DNA from: a virus
Taxonomy: Duplodnaviria > Caudoviricetes
Length of the DNA: 64,000 nt
Virus record (IMG/VR): IMGVR_UViG_3300032312_001958
Direction: 5' to 3' (one strand)
The notes under the pieces were generated by a model. The model made no database searches and was not told where the DNA came from. It saw only the letters and a list, made by a program, of their open reading frames with translations. Positions 39,893-49,437 of this stretch are shown here, piece by piece (the stretch's first letter is position 1; every line of letters begins with the position of its first letter). Position numbers and translations under genes: made by a program.

Positions 39893-40375
39893 ATGAAAAA
39901 AATAATAAGACTAACAGAATCAGAACTTATTTCATTAGTTAAAAGAGTGATTAATGAAAGTGACCCAAAAGTTGGTACTGGTAAAAAACCAAAAGGTTCT
40001 GACAGAAGATTATATACTGATGAAAACCCAAAGGATACTGTATCGGTTAAGTTCAGAACAAAAGAAGACATTGTTGATACTTTAAACAAAGAAAGTTTCA
40101 AATCTAAATCACACGCTCGTCAGTCTCAGATTATAAATCTTATACATCAGAGATTACGAGTTGCTTTGGAAAGAGCAAAAGACCCTGAGGTTAAGAAAAG
40201 ATTAAGAACTGCCTTTGAATATATTGAGTCCAAAAAAGAACAATCTAAAAAGAAAACTCAAGAGATGAAAGAAGGTGAATTAACTGAGAAATGTTGGAAA
40301 GGATATACTCAAAAAGGAATGAAAACTATGTTCGGTAAGAGATACCCCAACTGTGTTAAAAAGACAAAGAAATGA
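39893..40375 (+). CDS. LTESEL-leader protein
   Basis: PK.GTGKKPKGS.RRLYTDENP.DTV; C-terminal CWKGY..PNCVK. Confidence 0.75.
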   Translation: MKKIIRLTESELISLVKRVINESDPKVGTGKKPKGSDRRLYTDENPKDTVSVKFRTKEDIVDTLNKESFKSKSHARQSQIINLIHQRLRVALERAKDPEVKKRLRTAFEYIESKKEQSKKKTQEMKEGELTEKCWKGYTQKGMKTMFGKRYPNCVKKTKK

Positions 40376-40411
40376 ACCTACAGGAATACATAAAGAAAGT
40401 TTTAAAACGTA

Positions 40412-41284
40412 ATGTCTAAAGGAAAAGATAGAATATTAAAGTTAATTGACGAGTTAGGTCTTTGGAATGCTAAAGAAGCTTTGGGTATTTCATTAACCAA
40501 AATTGTTAAATTAGTTGGGCTAAAGATTCATCCAAATTTGGCTGGCGAAATAATAATTGAAGGTATTAATAATGAAACCCTACCAACAGAATATAAAGAA
40601 TTTAAGATTTCAACAAATTCTGATGGCGTTGTTTATTGGGAAGGTAAATTTTATGGGGACCACTTCTTAGCTGATATGGTTGAAACAATATGGATAATGG
40701 CAACACCATTTTGGGATGGTGAAAGTTACACTCCAGTCGAAACTGATTGGTATTCGTTGGTTGATGGGTCTAAAAATACACTTATTGCTGAAATTGAAGG
40801 AGGTGGTGATTACTTTGAAACAATTAGTGATAAGGTTTTTTTTGATAGTGTAGAAGAGTTACATAATTGGTATAATGAGTATTATTTACCACGTGTGTAT
40901 AAAATAATTATGAATAACTTCTTACTTAGTCTACGACAAGATATGGATGATAGGTTAGATGACAATATGGGTTATAGTCCTATGAGAGAAAGTATTGCTA
41001 TAGTATTAAGAGAAGAAAGTGAAGGTGATGGTAATGTAGAAAAATTTATAAAAAAAGCCACAAATATAATCAATACAATTAAATTTCCTGCGGTTAAACG
41101 TATTGATTTTGATTACGACGAAATGATGGATGGATATCATGTTAATATATTTTTTGATAGACAATTTGCTATAGATAATCCCAAAAATTTTAATAAAGTA
41201 AAACAAAAAGCAGTCCAAGAAATTGGTTCAACCGTTACAAGTTATTTCCCGTTTAAATTTTTATTTTATTTGCATTACGAATAG
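40412..41284 (+). CDS. hypothetical two-module protein
   Basis: internal MRESIAIVLREE. Confidence 0.7.
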   Translation: MSKGKDRILKLIDELGLWNAKEALGISLTKIVKLVGLKIHPNLAGEIIIEGINNETLPTEYKEFKISTNSDGVVYWEGKFYGDHFLADMVETIWIMATPFWDGESYTPVETDWYSLVDGSKNTLIAEIEGGGDYFETISDKVFFDSVEELHNWYNEYYLPRVYKIIMNNFLLSLRQDMDDRLDDNMGYSPMRESIAIVLREESEGDGNVEKFIKKATNIINTIKFPAVKRIDFDYDEMMDGYHVNIFFDRQFAIDNPKNFNKVKQKAVQEIGSTVTSYFPFKFLFYLHYE

Positions 41285-41645
41285 TAATTACTTACTATCC
41301 AATATCTCTTCCACCAATTCATCTCCTCTCCACACACCTTCAATTTTTGTAAATACTTTATGATTTAATACCTCTTCCACCTTTTGTTCTCCCCACGTAC
41401 ATGCAATTGGGGTTGTTTCTACCTTATGATTTAATACCTCTTCCACCACGATTAATTCGGTTGAAGAAAACGTATTAGTTGTTTCTACCTTATGATTTAA
41501 TACCTCTTCCACCTGAACTTCTCAGTTCCAATCTCAGGCAGTGGTTGTTTCTACCTTATGATTTAATACCTCTTCCACCCTTTTCTTGTGTTTTCTGTCC
41601 AAAGGCAGAGTTATGGGTACCTTACTATTTAAGACCTCTTCCACC
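41280..41645 (-). repeat. CRISPR-like array: six 36-nt repeats, five unique 30-nt spacers, in frame with a CDS
   Basis: GTTGTTTCTACCTTATGATTTAATACCTCTTCCACC identical at 41412-41447, 41478-41513, 41544-41579; degenerate at 41280, 41346, 41610; exact 66-nt period. Confidence 0.92.
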
Positions 41646-41878
41646 CAAGAAGCAAGTATTGGCTCAAAGTCTTCACGTTCCAAAGAGAAAATCTCAAAGA
41701 AATTTGGAAAAAAACCATATCTCCAATACAATGCTCCACTATTCTCAAAATCAAAATACCAATACTTTTCTTCTCTATCAATGAACCATATGGAGCCATT
41801 GTATGGGATTATCTCCGCATTACCTAACTCTTTGTATAGACGTTTAAATATAATTTGTTTTAACTTATCTGAAACCAT
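41534..41878 (-). CDS. MKYLITES-family-related protein whose 3' end runs into the repeat array
   Basis: IIFKRL..WVEEVLNSKV matches the family pattern; stops at TGA inside a spacer; frame reopens to 41288. Confidence 0.7.
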   Translation of the reverse strand: MVSDKLKQIIFKRLYKELGNAEIIPYNGSIWFIDREEKYWYFDFENSGALYWRYGFFPNFFEIFSLEREDFEPILASWVEEVLNSKVPITLPLDRKHKKRVEEVLNHKVETTTA

Positions 41879-41914
41879 AGGACAAAGATAAGATAAAAAT
41901 TGTGGAACTACAAA

Positions 41915-42256
41915 TTAATATTCAGATGGTATTTTTAATGACGATTTGAGTTGCATTATCTTGTTGGACATTTGACCCTCCAAGTTTAGGGTTTTCTTAA
42001 CCCATTGTCCAACAACTCTGGTAGATTGATAATCGTTAAGAGAAAAGAAGGAAGAAACTTCTTTAATTAAATCCATATAAATAAAACACAATTCATTATT
42101 GGCGTGATTACCACCATATTTAATCTGAGCAAACTCATCATCGTTAGGGTGTTTAAAGTATGTACTGGCACCAATCTTAGATATTTCAAAATCTTGGCTA
42201 TTAAGATACTTGAATACGGATTTATCTAGTTGTGATTCGGTGATTAGGTATTTCAT
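41915..42256 (-). CDS. MKYLITESQ-family protein
   Basis: MKYLITESQLDKSVFKYL..AQI.Y..EVSSFFS..WV..TL. Confidence 0.8.
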   Translation of the reverse strand: MKYLITESQLDKSVFKYLNSQDFEISKIGASTYFKHPNDDEFAQIKYGGNHANNELCFIYMDLIKEVSSFFSLNDYQSTRVVGQWVKKTLNLEGQMSNKIMQLKSSLKIPSEY

Positions 42257-42624
42257 GAGAATGTTACACTTTTAACTGATTTAACTTCGTAGTCGGGGAA
42301 GTATTCATTAAATACATCTGACAGAATGAAATCGCTGTGAACCCACCAAATTGGATGGGGAAATGCCTCACCATATATATTATCAAGTTGTCTACTATAA
42401 TATAATTCACCACTTTGTTTTATATACATCATCATTAGTTTTCCTTCAGAGTCGAATAAACCAATTCTAAATTCACTTTCATCATATGAATCAACCAAAT
42501 TTACAAAATAAGGAACAAACTTATGTTTAAGTTTCTCATACTTTTCAGCGTACTCAATATTTCTCCAAGTTCTTTCAAGCTCGGTAATTAACTTATATTG
42601 TGATTCTGTTATAATGTATTTCAT
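42253..42624 (-). CDS. MKYIITESQ-leader protein
   Basis: leader. Confidence 0.78.
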   Translation of the reverse strand: MKYIITESQYKLITELERTWRNIEYAEKYEKLKHKFVPYFVNLVDSYDESEFRIGLFDSEGKLMMMYIKQSGELYYSRQLDNIYGEAFPHPIWWVHSDFILSDVFNEYFPDYEVKSVKSVTFS

Positions 42625-42647
42625 GTAGTGATAAATATCTTATTATT

Positions 42648-43013
42648 TTACTTAACTATTAATCTGTAATACATGTCACCATTTCCAGCATCATTAACAT
42701 CATCATAATTAATTTTAAGATTTAGTTTATCACCGACCCAATCCGCAATAACTTTTAATAATTTAGATTTAGGTATAGGTAAAAATAAAGTTACCAACTC
42801 AATTAATTCACGACTAACATATAACCAATCTCTAACTTCACCAAAAGCATTTAAGTGATAGACACTTATTTGTGCGGTATCATCTGATTCGTTATTTAAA
42901 AAATAAATGTAATTGTTAAATTTTTTACCATTATCCATTATAATAAAATTATGACTGTCCAAATATTTTTGTACAACATTTTCTAATTTAGATTCTGTGA
43001 TAATGTATTTCAT
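42648..43013 (-). CDS. MKYIITES-family protein
   Basis: leader; KYLD..AQI..WV..KL. Confidence 0.78.
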   Translation of the reverse strand: MKYIITESKLENVVQKYLDSHNFIIMDNGKKFNNYIYFLNNESDDTAQISVYHLNAFGEVRDWLYVSRELIELVTLFLPIPKSKLLKVIADWVGDKLNLKINYDDVNDAGNGDMYYRLIVK

Positions 43014-43366
43014 ATGTATAAATCAAGGAATTGTTCTAATGTTATTCCAAGAGCGGAGATACCCAAAAGGCTCATAAAGTTGGACTCTTCATACCCATCA
43101 CCTCTATTATCAAGAATCAATGGGTGGTTTGAACTATAATTCATTTGATATAATACCTTATGATTATCATCCAATTCTATAAGATACATCGGACCATAGT
43201 TATCACCTAATTGTCTTCTTCGTAAACCATCGTAAGTAAAATAGAAATCAAAATCATTCAGTATTTTATATATGCTCGGGTCAAGCTCCACACGACCTGT
43301 GAGGTCAATATTAAACTTGTTTTTAATAAATGTTTTTAATTTAGATTCAGTGATTAATAGTTTCAT
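43010..43366 (-). CDS. MKLLITES-leader protein (start revised)
   Basis: leader directly after ATATTTAT. Confidence 0.75.
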   Translation of the reverse strand: MKLLITESKLKTFIKNKFNIDLTGRVELDPSIYKILNDFDFYFTYDGLRRRQLGDNYGPMYLIELDDNHKVLYQMNYSSNHPLILDNRGDGYEESNFMSLLGISALGITLEQFLDLYI

Positions 43367-43379
43367 GTTATTATAAATA

Positions 43380-43712
43380 TTAATTAGACGGAATCTGCAT
43401 CCACTCAGATTTAATATTATTGGCCCACAAACAATAATCAATATCTACCTTTAAGGTCTCCCCAACCCATCTACCGATAGCTTCCCTAGCATCATAACCT
43501 TGCATAGAAAAGAAAGAAGCAACCTCACCAATTAATCCTGTATATATGACACATTTACTATCCTTATTAAAATATCTAATCTGTGCATATTCATCACCTT
43601 CTGAATTTACAAAGTATACACCATCACCTTTCTTAATCTGAATGAAGTCCTGATTATCCAAGTATTTAAAAATTAATTTGTCAAATTGTGATTCGGTGAT
43701 TAATACTTTCAT
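43380..43712 (-). CDS. MKVLITESQ-family protein (start revised)
   Basis: IFKYLDNQDFIQI..YFVNSEGDEYAQIRY. Confidence 0.8.
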   Translation of the reverse strand: MKVLITESQFDKLIFKYLDNQDFIQIKKGDGVYFVNSEGDEYAQIRYFNKDSKCVIYTGLIGEVASFFSMQGYDAREAIGRWVGETLKVDIDYCLWANNIKSEWMQIPSN

Positions 43713-43744
43713 ATAATAGTAAATATAATTATATTTATAATAAT

Positions 43745-44107
43745 ATGAACTTAGAAAAGACAATAAGAAGAATATTAAAGGAAGAGTCCAAAAAAGACAG
43801 GTTGATTGATAGATATATAACATCATTAATTAATCCTAGTAGTGGTAAATACAATCGTGATGATAAAAGGTTTGAGATGAGTGACAATGATGATAACCTA
43901 AATGCGATTATATTCTTTAACCAACAAGATGACGTGATGATGGTAATGATTGATGATAGTATATGGGAACAAGTATCCGATATGTTTTCAATAGATGATT
44001 GGAATGAGATGAATGATTATTTAGTTAAATGGTTCCAAGATAATTTTGACGGGTTAGAGGATTTATCTGAAGTAATTACATTTGATAACGCTGAATTTGC
44101 TTACTAA
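43745..44107 (+). CDS. IRRILKEE-leader protein
   Basis: MNLEKTIRRILKEE. Confidence 0.75.
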   Translation: MNLEKTIRRILKEESKKDRLIDRYITSLINPSSGKYNRDDKRFEMSDNDDNLNAIIFFNQQDDVMMVMIDDSIWEQVSDMFSIDDWNEMNDYLVKWFQDNFDGLEDLSEVITFDNAEFAY

Positions 44108-44108
44108 T

Positions 44109-44729
44109 ATGAACCTACAAGAAACAATAAGAAGAGTACTAAGAGAAGAATTATCACCAAGGATAAGAAGAAGACTTTCTATTGATGAAATGGAAAATGA
44201 GTTTCTTGAATCTTTTGAAGGTGCTTATCGTCTTACAAAAGACAGAAAGGTTTTAAGTTCACATTTTTTAGATGTGTTACTCTACACAACAATAACCTTT
44301 ATGATGGATAGTGTTCATTGGAGATTTGTTAGCACATTACCTGAAGATGAATTTTGGTATGATGATATACATAAAGAATTAGAAAATCATTATAGAGACA
44401 GAATTATACAGATGTATAATGAAAGGAAGGGAATTAAAGAATCAATATTAAGGGAAGAAACTGAGTTACCTGCTTATATTAGAAGAAGGGTGACCTCTGA
44501 TGACCTTGAGTGGTTGATTAGGGATGTTAAAATTTCTTTAAGTAGGGGAAAGAATAAAAGTGATGCCTTATATGATGCAATTCAAAATCTTATTTCGTCA
44601 AACAGAGAACTGTTAAAGGATTATGATATGTTCCAAGACGTGTATGCATTTGACGAACCACTAATTAGATATATCAATTCAAAATTGGACGAGGAACCGT
44701 TAAATGAATCTACATGTGGAAGATTATAA
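44109..44729 (+). CDS. IRRVLREE-leader protein with two related modules (start revised)
   Basis: LREELSPRIRRR and LREETELPAYIRRR. Confidence 0.75.
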   Translation: MNLQETIRRVLREELSPRIRRRLSIDEMENEFLESFEGAYRLTKDRKVLSSHFLDVLLYTTITFMMDSVHWRFVSTLPEDEFWYDDIHKELENHYRDRIIQMYNERKGIKESILREETELPAYIRRRVTSDDLEWLIRDVKISLSRGKNKSDALYDAIQNLISSNRELLKDYDMFQDVYAFDEPLIRYINSKLDEEPLNESTCGRL

Positions 44730-44749
44730 TGGGGAGTGGAAAATAATTA

Positions 44750-45058
44750 CTATCTAATTATAACTTCTTTAACTCTTCTATCCAAAGTATTCTCAACCCA
44801 TCTAGCAATAACATATTTAGAACTATTAAATTCTATAGAGAAGAAATCTTTAATCTCATCAATTAACTCAAAACTTATTACACACTCACCACTTCTAAAG
44901 TATTCGATTAATGAGTCGATTAATGAGTCGATATATTCACCACCTTCAGAATTGGCGAAGTATATTGCGTTTCCTCTTTTAATCTGAATAAAGTCCTGAT
45001 TGTCAAGATACTTAAAGATTATTCTATCTATTTGCGATTCTGTTATAAGGTATTTCAT
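44750..45058 (-). CDS. MKYLITESQ-family protein
   Basis: IFKYLDNQDFIQI; contains a 12-nt tandem duplication at 44904-44927. Confidence 0.8.
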   Translation of the reverse strand: MKYLITESQIDRIIFKYLDNQDFIQIKRGNAIYFANSEGGEYIDSLIDSLIEYFRSGECVISFELIDEIKDFFSIEFNSSKYVIARWVENTLDRRVKEVIIR

Positions 45059-45074
45059 TATTGATAAATATTAG

Positions 45075-45485
45075 TTAACAGTCACCTGTATTATGGACCT
45101 CAATATTATGACCTTTAATTAAACCGCCACCGAACTGATATAATGCCTTAGAAATAACATCTCTATACATACTTCTAAGACCTTCGTCAAACATATACCT
45201 TCCCTCATTCTCAGGAGCTGGCTTAGGTGTATAGACAACCAAATCCATAGAGTACTGAGTGGGTATGATAATATATTTACAATATATCAAAAGTGGGGAA
45301 ATATCATTTTTAAATATAGTTTTTGTTAGAAAGATAATATCTTCCTTAGTTCCCTTAATACCCATCTCATTAATAATCTCTTTAGGCGTCCTACTTGTCA
45401 TTTCACATAGTGCACGCATTCCAAATTTCTCTAATAAAGGTTTAAGGTTTTTATTACTTTGATTTTCGGTGATTATTACTTTCAT
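45075..45485 (-). CDS. MKVIITENQ-leader protein
   Basis: leader. Confidence 0.72.
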   Translation of the reverse strand: MKVIITENQSNKNLKPLLEKFGMRALCEMTSRTPKEIINEMGIKGTKEDIIFLTKTIFKNDISPLLIYCKYIIIPTQYSMDLVVYTPKPAPENEGRYMFDEGLRSMYRDVISKALYQFGGGLIKGHNIEVHNTGDC

Positions 45486-45493
45486 ATGATATA

Positions 45494-45823
45494 TTAGTTA
45501 TTAACTCTTATCCATACATTCGGTGCGGGTTTAGCCTCACGGGTTTGTACAACTATCATTTTGAGGGTATCCTCGACCCATCTACTGATAAGTTTAATGG
45601 ACTCGGAGATACTCAAAGAAAAGAAAGAAGACACTTCATTAATTAAACTTACGACAATGTAACACCAACCACTAATTTTATCATATCTAATCTCAGAGTA
45701 TTCATCATCTTCTGAATTAACAAAAAATATAGTTGCACCCTTTCTAATCTGAACAAAATCCTGATTGTCCAAATATTTAAAGATTGCTCTGTCTAATTGT
45801 GATTCTGATATTAAGTATTTCAT
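45494..45823 (-). CDS. MKYLISESQ-family protein
   Basis: IFKYLDNQDFVQI..WVEDTL. Confidence 0.8.
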   Translation of the reverse strand: MKYLISESQLDRAIFKYLDNQDFVQIRKGATIFFVNSEDDEYSEIRYDKISGWCYIVVSLINEVSSFFSLSISESIKLISRWVEDTLKMIVVQTREAKPAPNVWIRVNN

Positions 45824-45830
45824 AATTTAA

Positions 45831-46109
45831 TTAATTAGAGTTTAAGAATTTAAATAATGCTCTAACATAATCGGCACGTTTGACATAAAATTCAGTATCA
45901 TTACCATACTGTAAAAACTCATCACCTCTATGTTTATCAATGAACTTTTCAAGTAATTCATAAGCGTAGTCATCTCTGTCAGCAGAATCTTCAAAATCCT
46001 CGTCATCCATAATATAGTTATAATCATCTTTAAGCCCTTCCAATTCATCCATTGTAAACCTTCTAAGTAAAAATGTGTCTAATTGTGATTCTGTGATAAT
46101 GTATTTCAT
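45831..46109 (-). CDS. MKYIITESQ-leader protein (start revised)
   Basis: leader after ATATTTAT. Confidence 0.75.
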   Translation of the reverse strand: MKYIITESQLDTFLLRRFTMDELEGLKDDYNYIMDDEDFEDSADRDDYAYELLEKFIDKHRGDEFLQYGNDTEFYVKRADYVRALFKFLNSN

Positions 46110-46201
46110 ATGATAATAAATATGATAAAACCACAATTATTGGTAAAGCACATTTGATTAATCAAATTAAAAAACATATTATTGTTTTAAATTAACAATA
46201 T

Positions 46202-47590
46202 ATGAAAAACTTTACGGTATCCCAACTAATGGAAATGGGGGCACAATTTCAGAAAGACAGAAAAATCAACATATCTACTGACACAAAAACGGTACGTGAA
46301 TTATATGAGTTATACTTAGATGGTAAACTTGTATTACAGGATTGGTTTCAGCGTGGGTTTCACTGGGACCACAATAAGAAAGTAATGTTAATACATACAT
46401 TACTTAATACACCGAAACTTCTTACGGAGGTTGTGTTTTTCATTGATAATGATGGTAAATACTATGTTGCCGATGGTCAACAAAGACTTACATCTATTTT
46501 TAATTTTTTGGATGGTCACTACGATTATAATGGGGCGGATTTGGAACCGAGCACATTATTCTATGGTGTCAAATATGGTACCAAGGACTTTCAAAAGTGT
46601 TCAGACAAATTAAAGAATACTCCGATTAAAACGACGGAGATTGATAACTATGGTCTTGATGGGGATAAGATTAATATTCTAAAGTCATATGTCTTTATGA
46701 AATGGAATAATGGTTCAAACCTTAACGCAGCCGAGTTACGTGGAGGATTATATAGTACGGTGAATGCATTAATTAAACCATTGGTCGATGGGATGGATGA
46801 TAATACAAAACAAGCTCTAATCTTATCAAAGAAGTTTGGACGGAATAGAATCAATGAATTATATGAGAGATTGATATATCATATGGTTCAAAAAGATTTG
46901 GTTAGGGACCCGACACCGAAACAGTTGTTAAGTATTCACGGGGATAAAGAAATTGACAGTGACCAACAAAACATTCTAAGAGTATTAAATACTGTTACAT
47001 CGGCGGTTGTGACATATAGAAACACACATAAGACTTACCAAGCGGGTACAACGTCGTTACGTGATGTTATAGTGGCGTCAACCAAGTTAAGAAAGATGGG
47101 CAGACTTGTAACATTAGAAGATATGAAGAATTATATTATATCTACCATGTTAAAACTAAACACCGTATTTTCTCAGAACAATAAGTTCATTGTATATCAA
47201 AAGGCGGATATGGATAATATGAATGAGGAAATAAATAAAGAATGGTACCAAACATACTTTAGATTCTTCGGACGTGGACAAGATGGTCATACAATAAGAA
47301 GAGTTAAGTTCCTTGTAGATAATATGGATAAATTTGTAGATGTTATACAAAGAGATAAGATTCGTAACTTTCCACAAGATATGCAAATACGTGTACTGAA
47401 TAATCAGGATAACAAATGTACTCTATGTGGTGAACATCTTACTATGTCAGATGCCGAAGCTGACCATATAGTAGAACACTCTAAAGGAGGACTAACAGAA
47501 GAAAGTAATCTACAGATGTTACACAAAGAATGTCATAAAGAAAAGACACGTGGATTTAATACAAAGTTAGACTTATTTAATGTGGTATAA
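46202..47590 (+). CDS. DUF262 (ParB-like) + HNH endonuclease, GmrSD-like
   Basis: FQR.F.W, DGQQRL, F..WN.G..L...EL; C-terminal CTLC..EADHI..SKGG.T...NLQ.LH..CH..KT. Confidence 0.85.
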   Translation: MKNFTVSQLMEMGAQFQKDRKINISTDTKTVRELYELYLDGKLVLQDWFQRGFHWDHNKKVMLIHTLLNTPKLLTEVVFFIDNDGKYYVADGQQRLTSIFNFLDGHYDYNGADLEPSTLFYGVKYGTKDFQKCSDKLKNTPIKTTEIDNYGLDGDKINILKSYVFMKWNNGSNLNAAELRGGLYSTVNALIKPLVDGMDDNTKQALILSKKFGRNRINELYERLIYHMVQKDLVRDPTPKQLLSIHGDKEIDSDQQNILRVLNTVTSAVVTYRNTHKTYQAGTTSLRDVIVASTKLRKMGRLVTLEDMKNYIISTMLKLNTVFSQNNKFIVYQKADMDNMNEEINKEWYQTYFRFFGRGQDGHTIRRVKFLVDNMDKFVDVIQRDKIRNFPQDMQIRVLNNQDNKCTLCGEHLTMSDAEADHIVEHSKGGLTEESNLQMLHKECHKEKTRGFNTKLDLFNVV

Positions 47591-48371
47591 ATTACGAACT
47601 GAATAAACTCATTCCCCCATTCCACTGTCGTGTCGTTCCGTTACACTTCGTTTCACTACACTAATGGGTACATTTGTTTATTCACTTCCTAATTTAATCA
47701 GGTCAAGAACTTCCTAATTCCCCCCATATATAAAACCCCTAACGAAAGACACATAGTATGAGGGGACATTATAATTCCCTATGTGAATAATCATTCTATA
47801 TACTAAAAGGTATTATACCTACAGGTATAAATGAATGAGTATGTGATAGGTGATGTTATTCATTCCCCATATATAAATGGTGAAATACTATAGGGGACAA
47901 TTATGGTAAACCTGTAGGTTTATGTATTATGTCCCACTTTTTACCACCACTATAATTGTCCATATTATGTGTCTAATTGTGACAGGGGAAATCTTAAAAA
48001 CCCCGTTGAAGGACACTATAATACACTATTTCCGTTGAAGATTATAACGACTAAAGTCTGTCCACGCCATTTTCTTTATATGTCCTACTTTTATCTGGAT
48101 TTTATATATATTAAAAAAAACCCTTCTAACGCTATCGTCAGGACCATTTTTTTTACTTTTCATATGTACAAAAACCCCTCTTACGTATACGTCAGTGGGA
48201 AAAAGTGGTAATAATTTATTAACATAACACTACACAATATCACATATATTTATTATAATTATATGGTCAGAAACCCGTCAAGGGGATTGTCCCCCTTTTG
48301 TCGCTCGACTGACATTTTGACAAAATCAAGTTTTTTAACAAAAAGTTATTAACAATTTTCCCCCTTACGCT
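47591..48371. other. long non-coding region, origin-like candidate
   Basis: ~780 nt with no convincing ORF; many CCCC/GGGG tracts; TTATTAACA at 48216 and 48346. Confidence 0.4.
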
Positions 48372-48641
48372 ATGAAGAAGAAAGATATCAACAAAAATGT
48401 GGATGAGATATTAAGGTCCCTAAGGGTCCTTGTGGATGATGTGGGGGACTTCAAGGTGGTACAGTTGTATCACAATGGTGTTAAGGTGGGGAAGATGGAG
48501 TACATGATATCATCTACCCCATACCAAGGGGACATTAAACAGTTAACAAGTTATAAACTTGAGGAACCTTTCATGGAGTTGTTCGAGGGTGTTGAGAACC
48601 CCATTAAGATTCTTAACTCATTTGGTTCAATGTACGTTTAA
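48372..48641 (+). CDS. hypothetical protein
   Basis: 89-aa ORF. Confidence 0.5.
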   Translation: MKKKDINKNVDEILRSLRVLVDDVGDFKVVQLYHNGVKVGKMEYMISSTPYQGDIKQLTSYKLEEPFMELFEGVENPIKILNSFGSMYV

Positions 48642-49014
48642 CATTTTTCCATACCACACTTTTATATTTTAGTTCATTCCCCCTTGCTTCAATCTCGAAT
48701 GGGGAATCGTGGTAACCATTTTTCTTTACGGATGATTCGTAGTTTCTTTTCAACCCTTTTTGAATGTGGTGAGTATATTCATGGATGACCGTTCTGATAA
48801 ACATCTCCATAGTACCACAGTTTAAGGGGTTGATTATAATGTTGTACTCATAGTCATATTGTCCATAACAACTACCTAACCTATTGTTAATTTTAAACTT
48901 GGGGACAGGTTTGTTTCCATGACCAAGAATTTCTCTTGTCACCTTAATGGTTTCAATCCCCACGGTTCTTAGTTGTCGGGTGGTGTATGTGTTAAGGTTA
49001 TCTTTGAGTCTCAT
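48613..49014 (-). CDS. zincin-like metallopeptidase domain protein
   Basis: G.Y, TVIHEYTHH.Q, Y..SPFEIEAR. Confidence 0.75.
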   Translation of the reverse strand: MRLKDNLNTYTTRQLRTVGIETIKVTREILGHGNKPVPKFKINNRLGSCYGQYDYEYNIIINPLNCGTMEMFIRTVIHEYTHHIQKGLKRNYESSVKKNGYHDSPFEIEARGNELKYKSVVWKNVKRTLNQMS

Positions 49015-49017
49015 ATA

Positions 49018-49437
49018 TTAGTCGATGTATTTGAAAGTTATGTTACCCATGAAGTTTTCTCTGTATCTTGGACCTGAGATACAAGCCATCTCGAAGAACA
49101 TGGGGATTTTGGTTTTTTGAATCATCTTGTTAAAACAGAACTCAGCATGTGACTTTCTCTTTTTGAAGAATGATATTTGGGTTTCTCCCCATGCATACTT
49201 GGATGGGATTCTATTCTCACTGAAGTGGAACCCTGTCTTCTTTGTTGTAACTTCGATGTTCAACACACGAGAATATTCTTTGGTTGTCCAATTGTATTTG
49301 TCAGTTTCCCCAACTGATACAATACGAACTGTCACATCACCGAAACCATTCCATGTATCTTGGAAAGTTAATGAGTTGGTCTTCTGTAAGAACTTCTTAA
49401 CTAACTTGGTTGAGTATTTATCAGCTGTGATTTTCAT
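49018..49437 (-). CDS. hypothetical protein
   Basis: downstream of TATATTTG (49464-49471, minus). Confidence 0.65.
   Translation of the reverse strand: MKITADKYSTKLVKKFLQKTNSLTFQDTWNGFGDVTVRIVSVGETDKYNWTTKEYSRVLNIEVTTKKTGFHFSENRIPSKYAWGETQISFFKKRKSHAEFCFNKMIQKTKIPMFFEMACISGPRYRENFMGNITFKYID

Noticed and set aside
41514-41543. TGA recoding suggested by two in-frame TGA codons
   Set aside because: Many genes end in TGA with ATGA coupling and conserved enzymes are uninterrupted, so the standard code fits.
41280-41645. Diversity-generating retroelement target or full CRISPR-Cas locus
   Set aside because: Spacers are unrelated rather than adenine-specific variants; no reverse transcriptase or cas gene in the window; repeats are degenerate at both ends.
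47969-48211. 80-aa ORF in the non-coding region
   Set aside because: GTG start, atypical composition and no motif.
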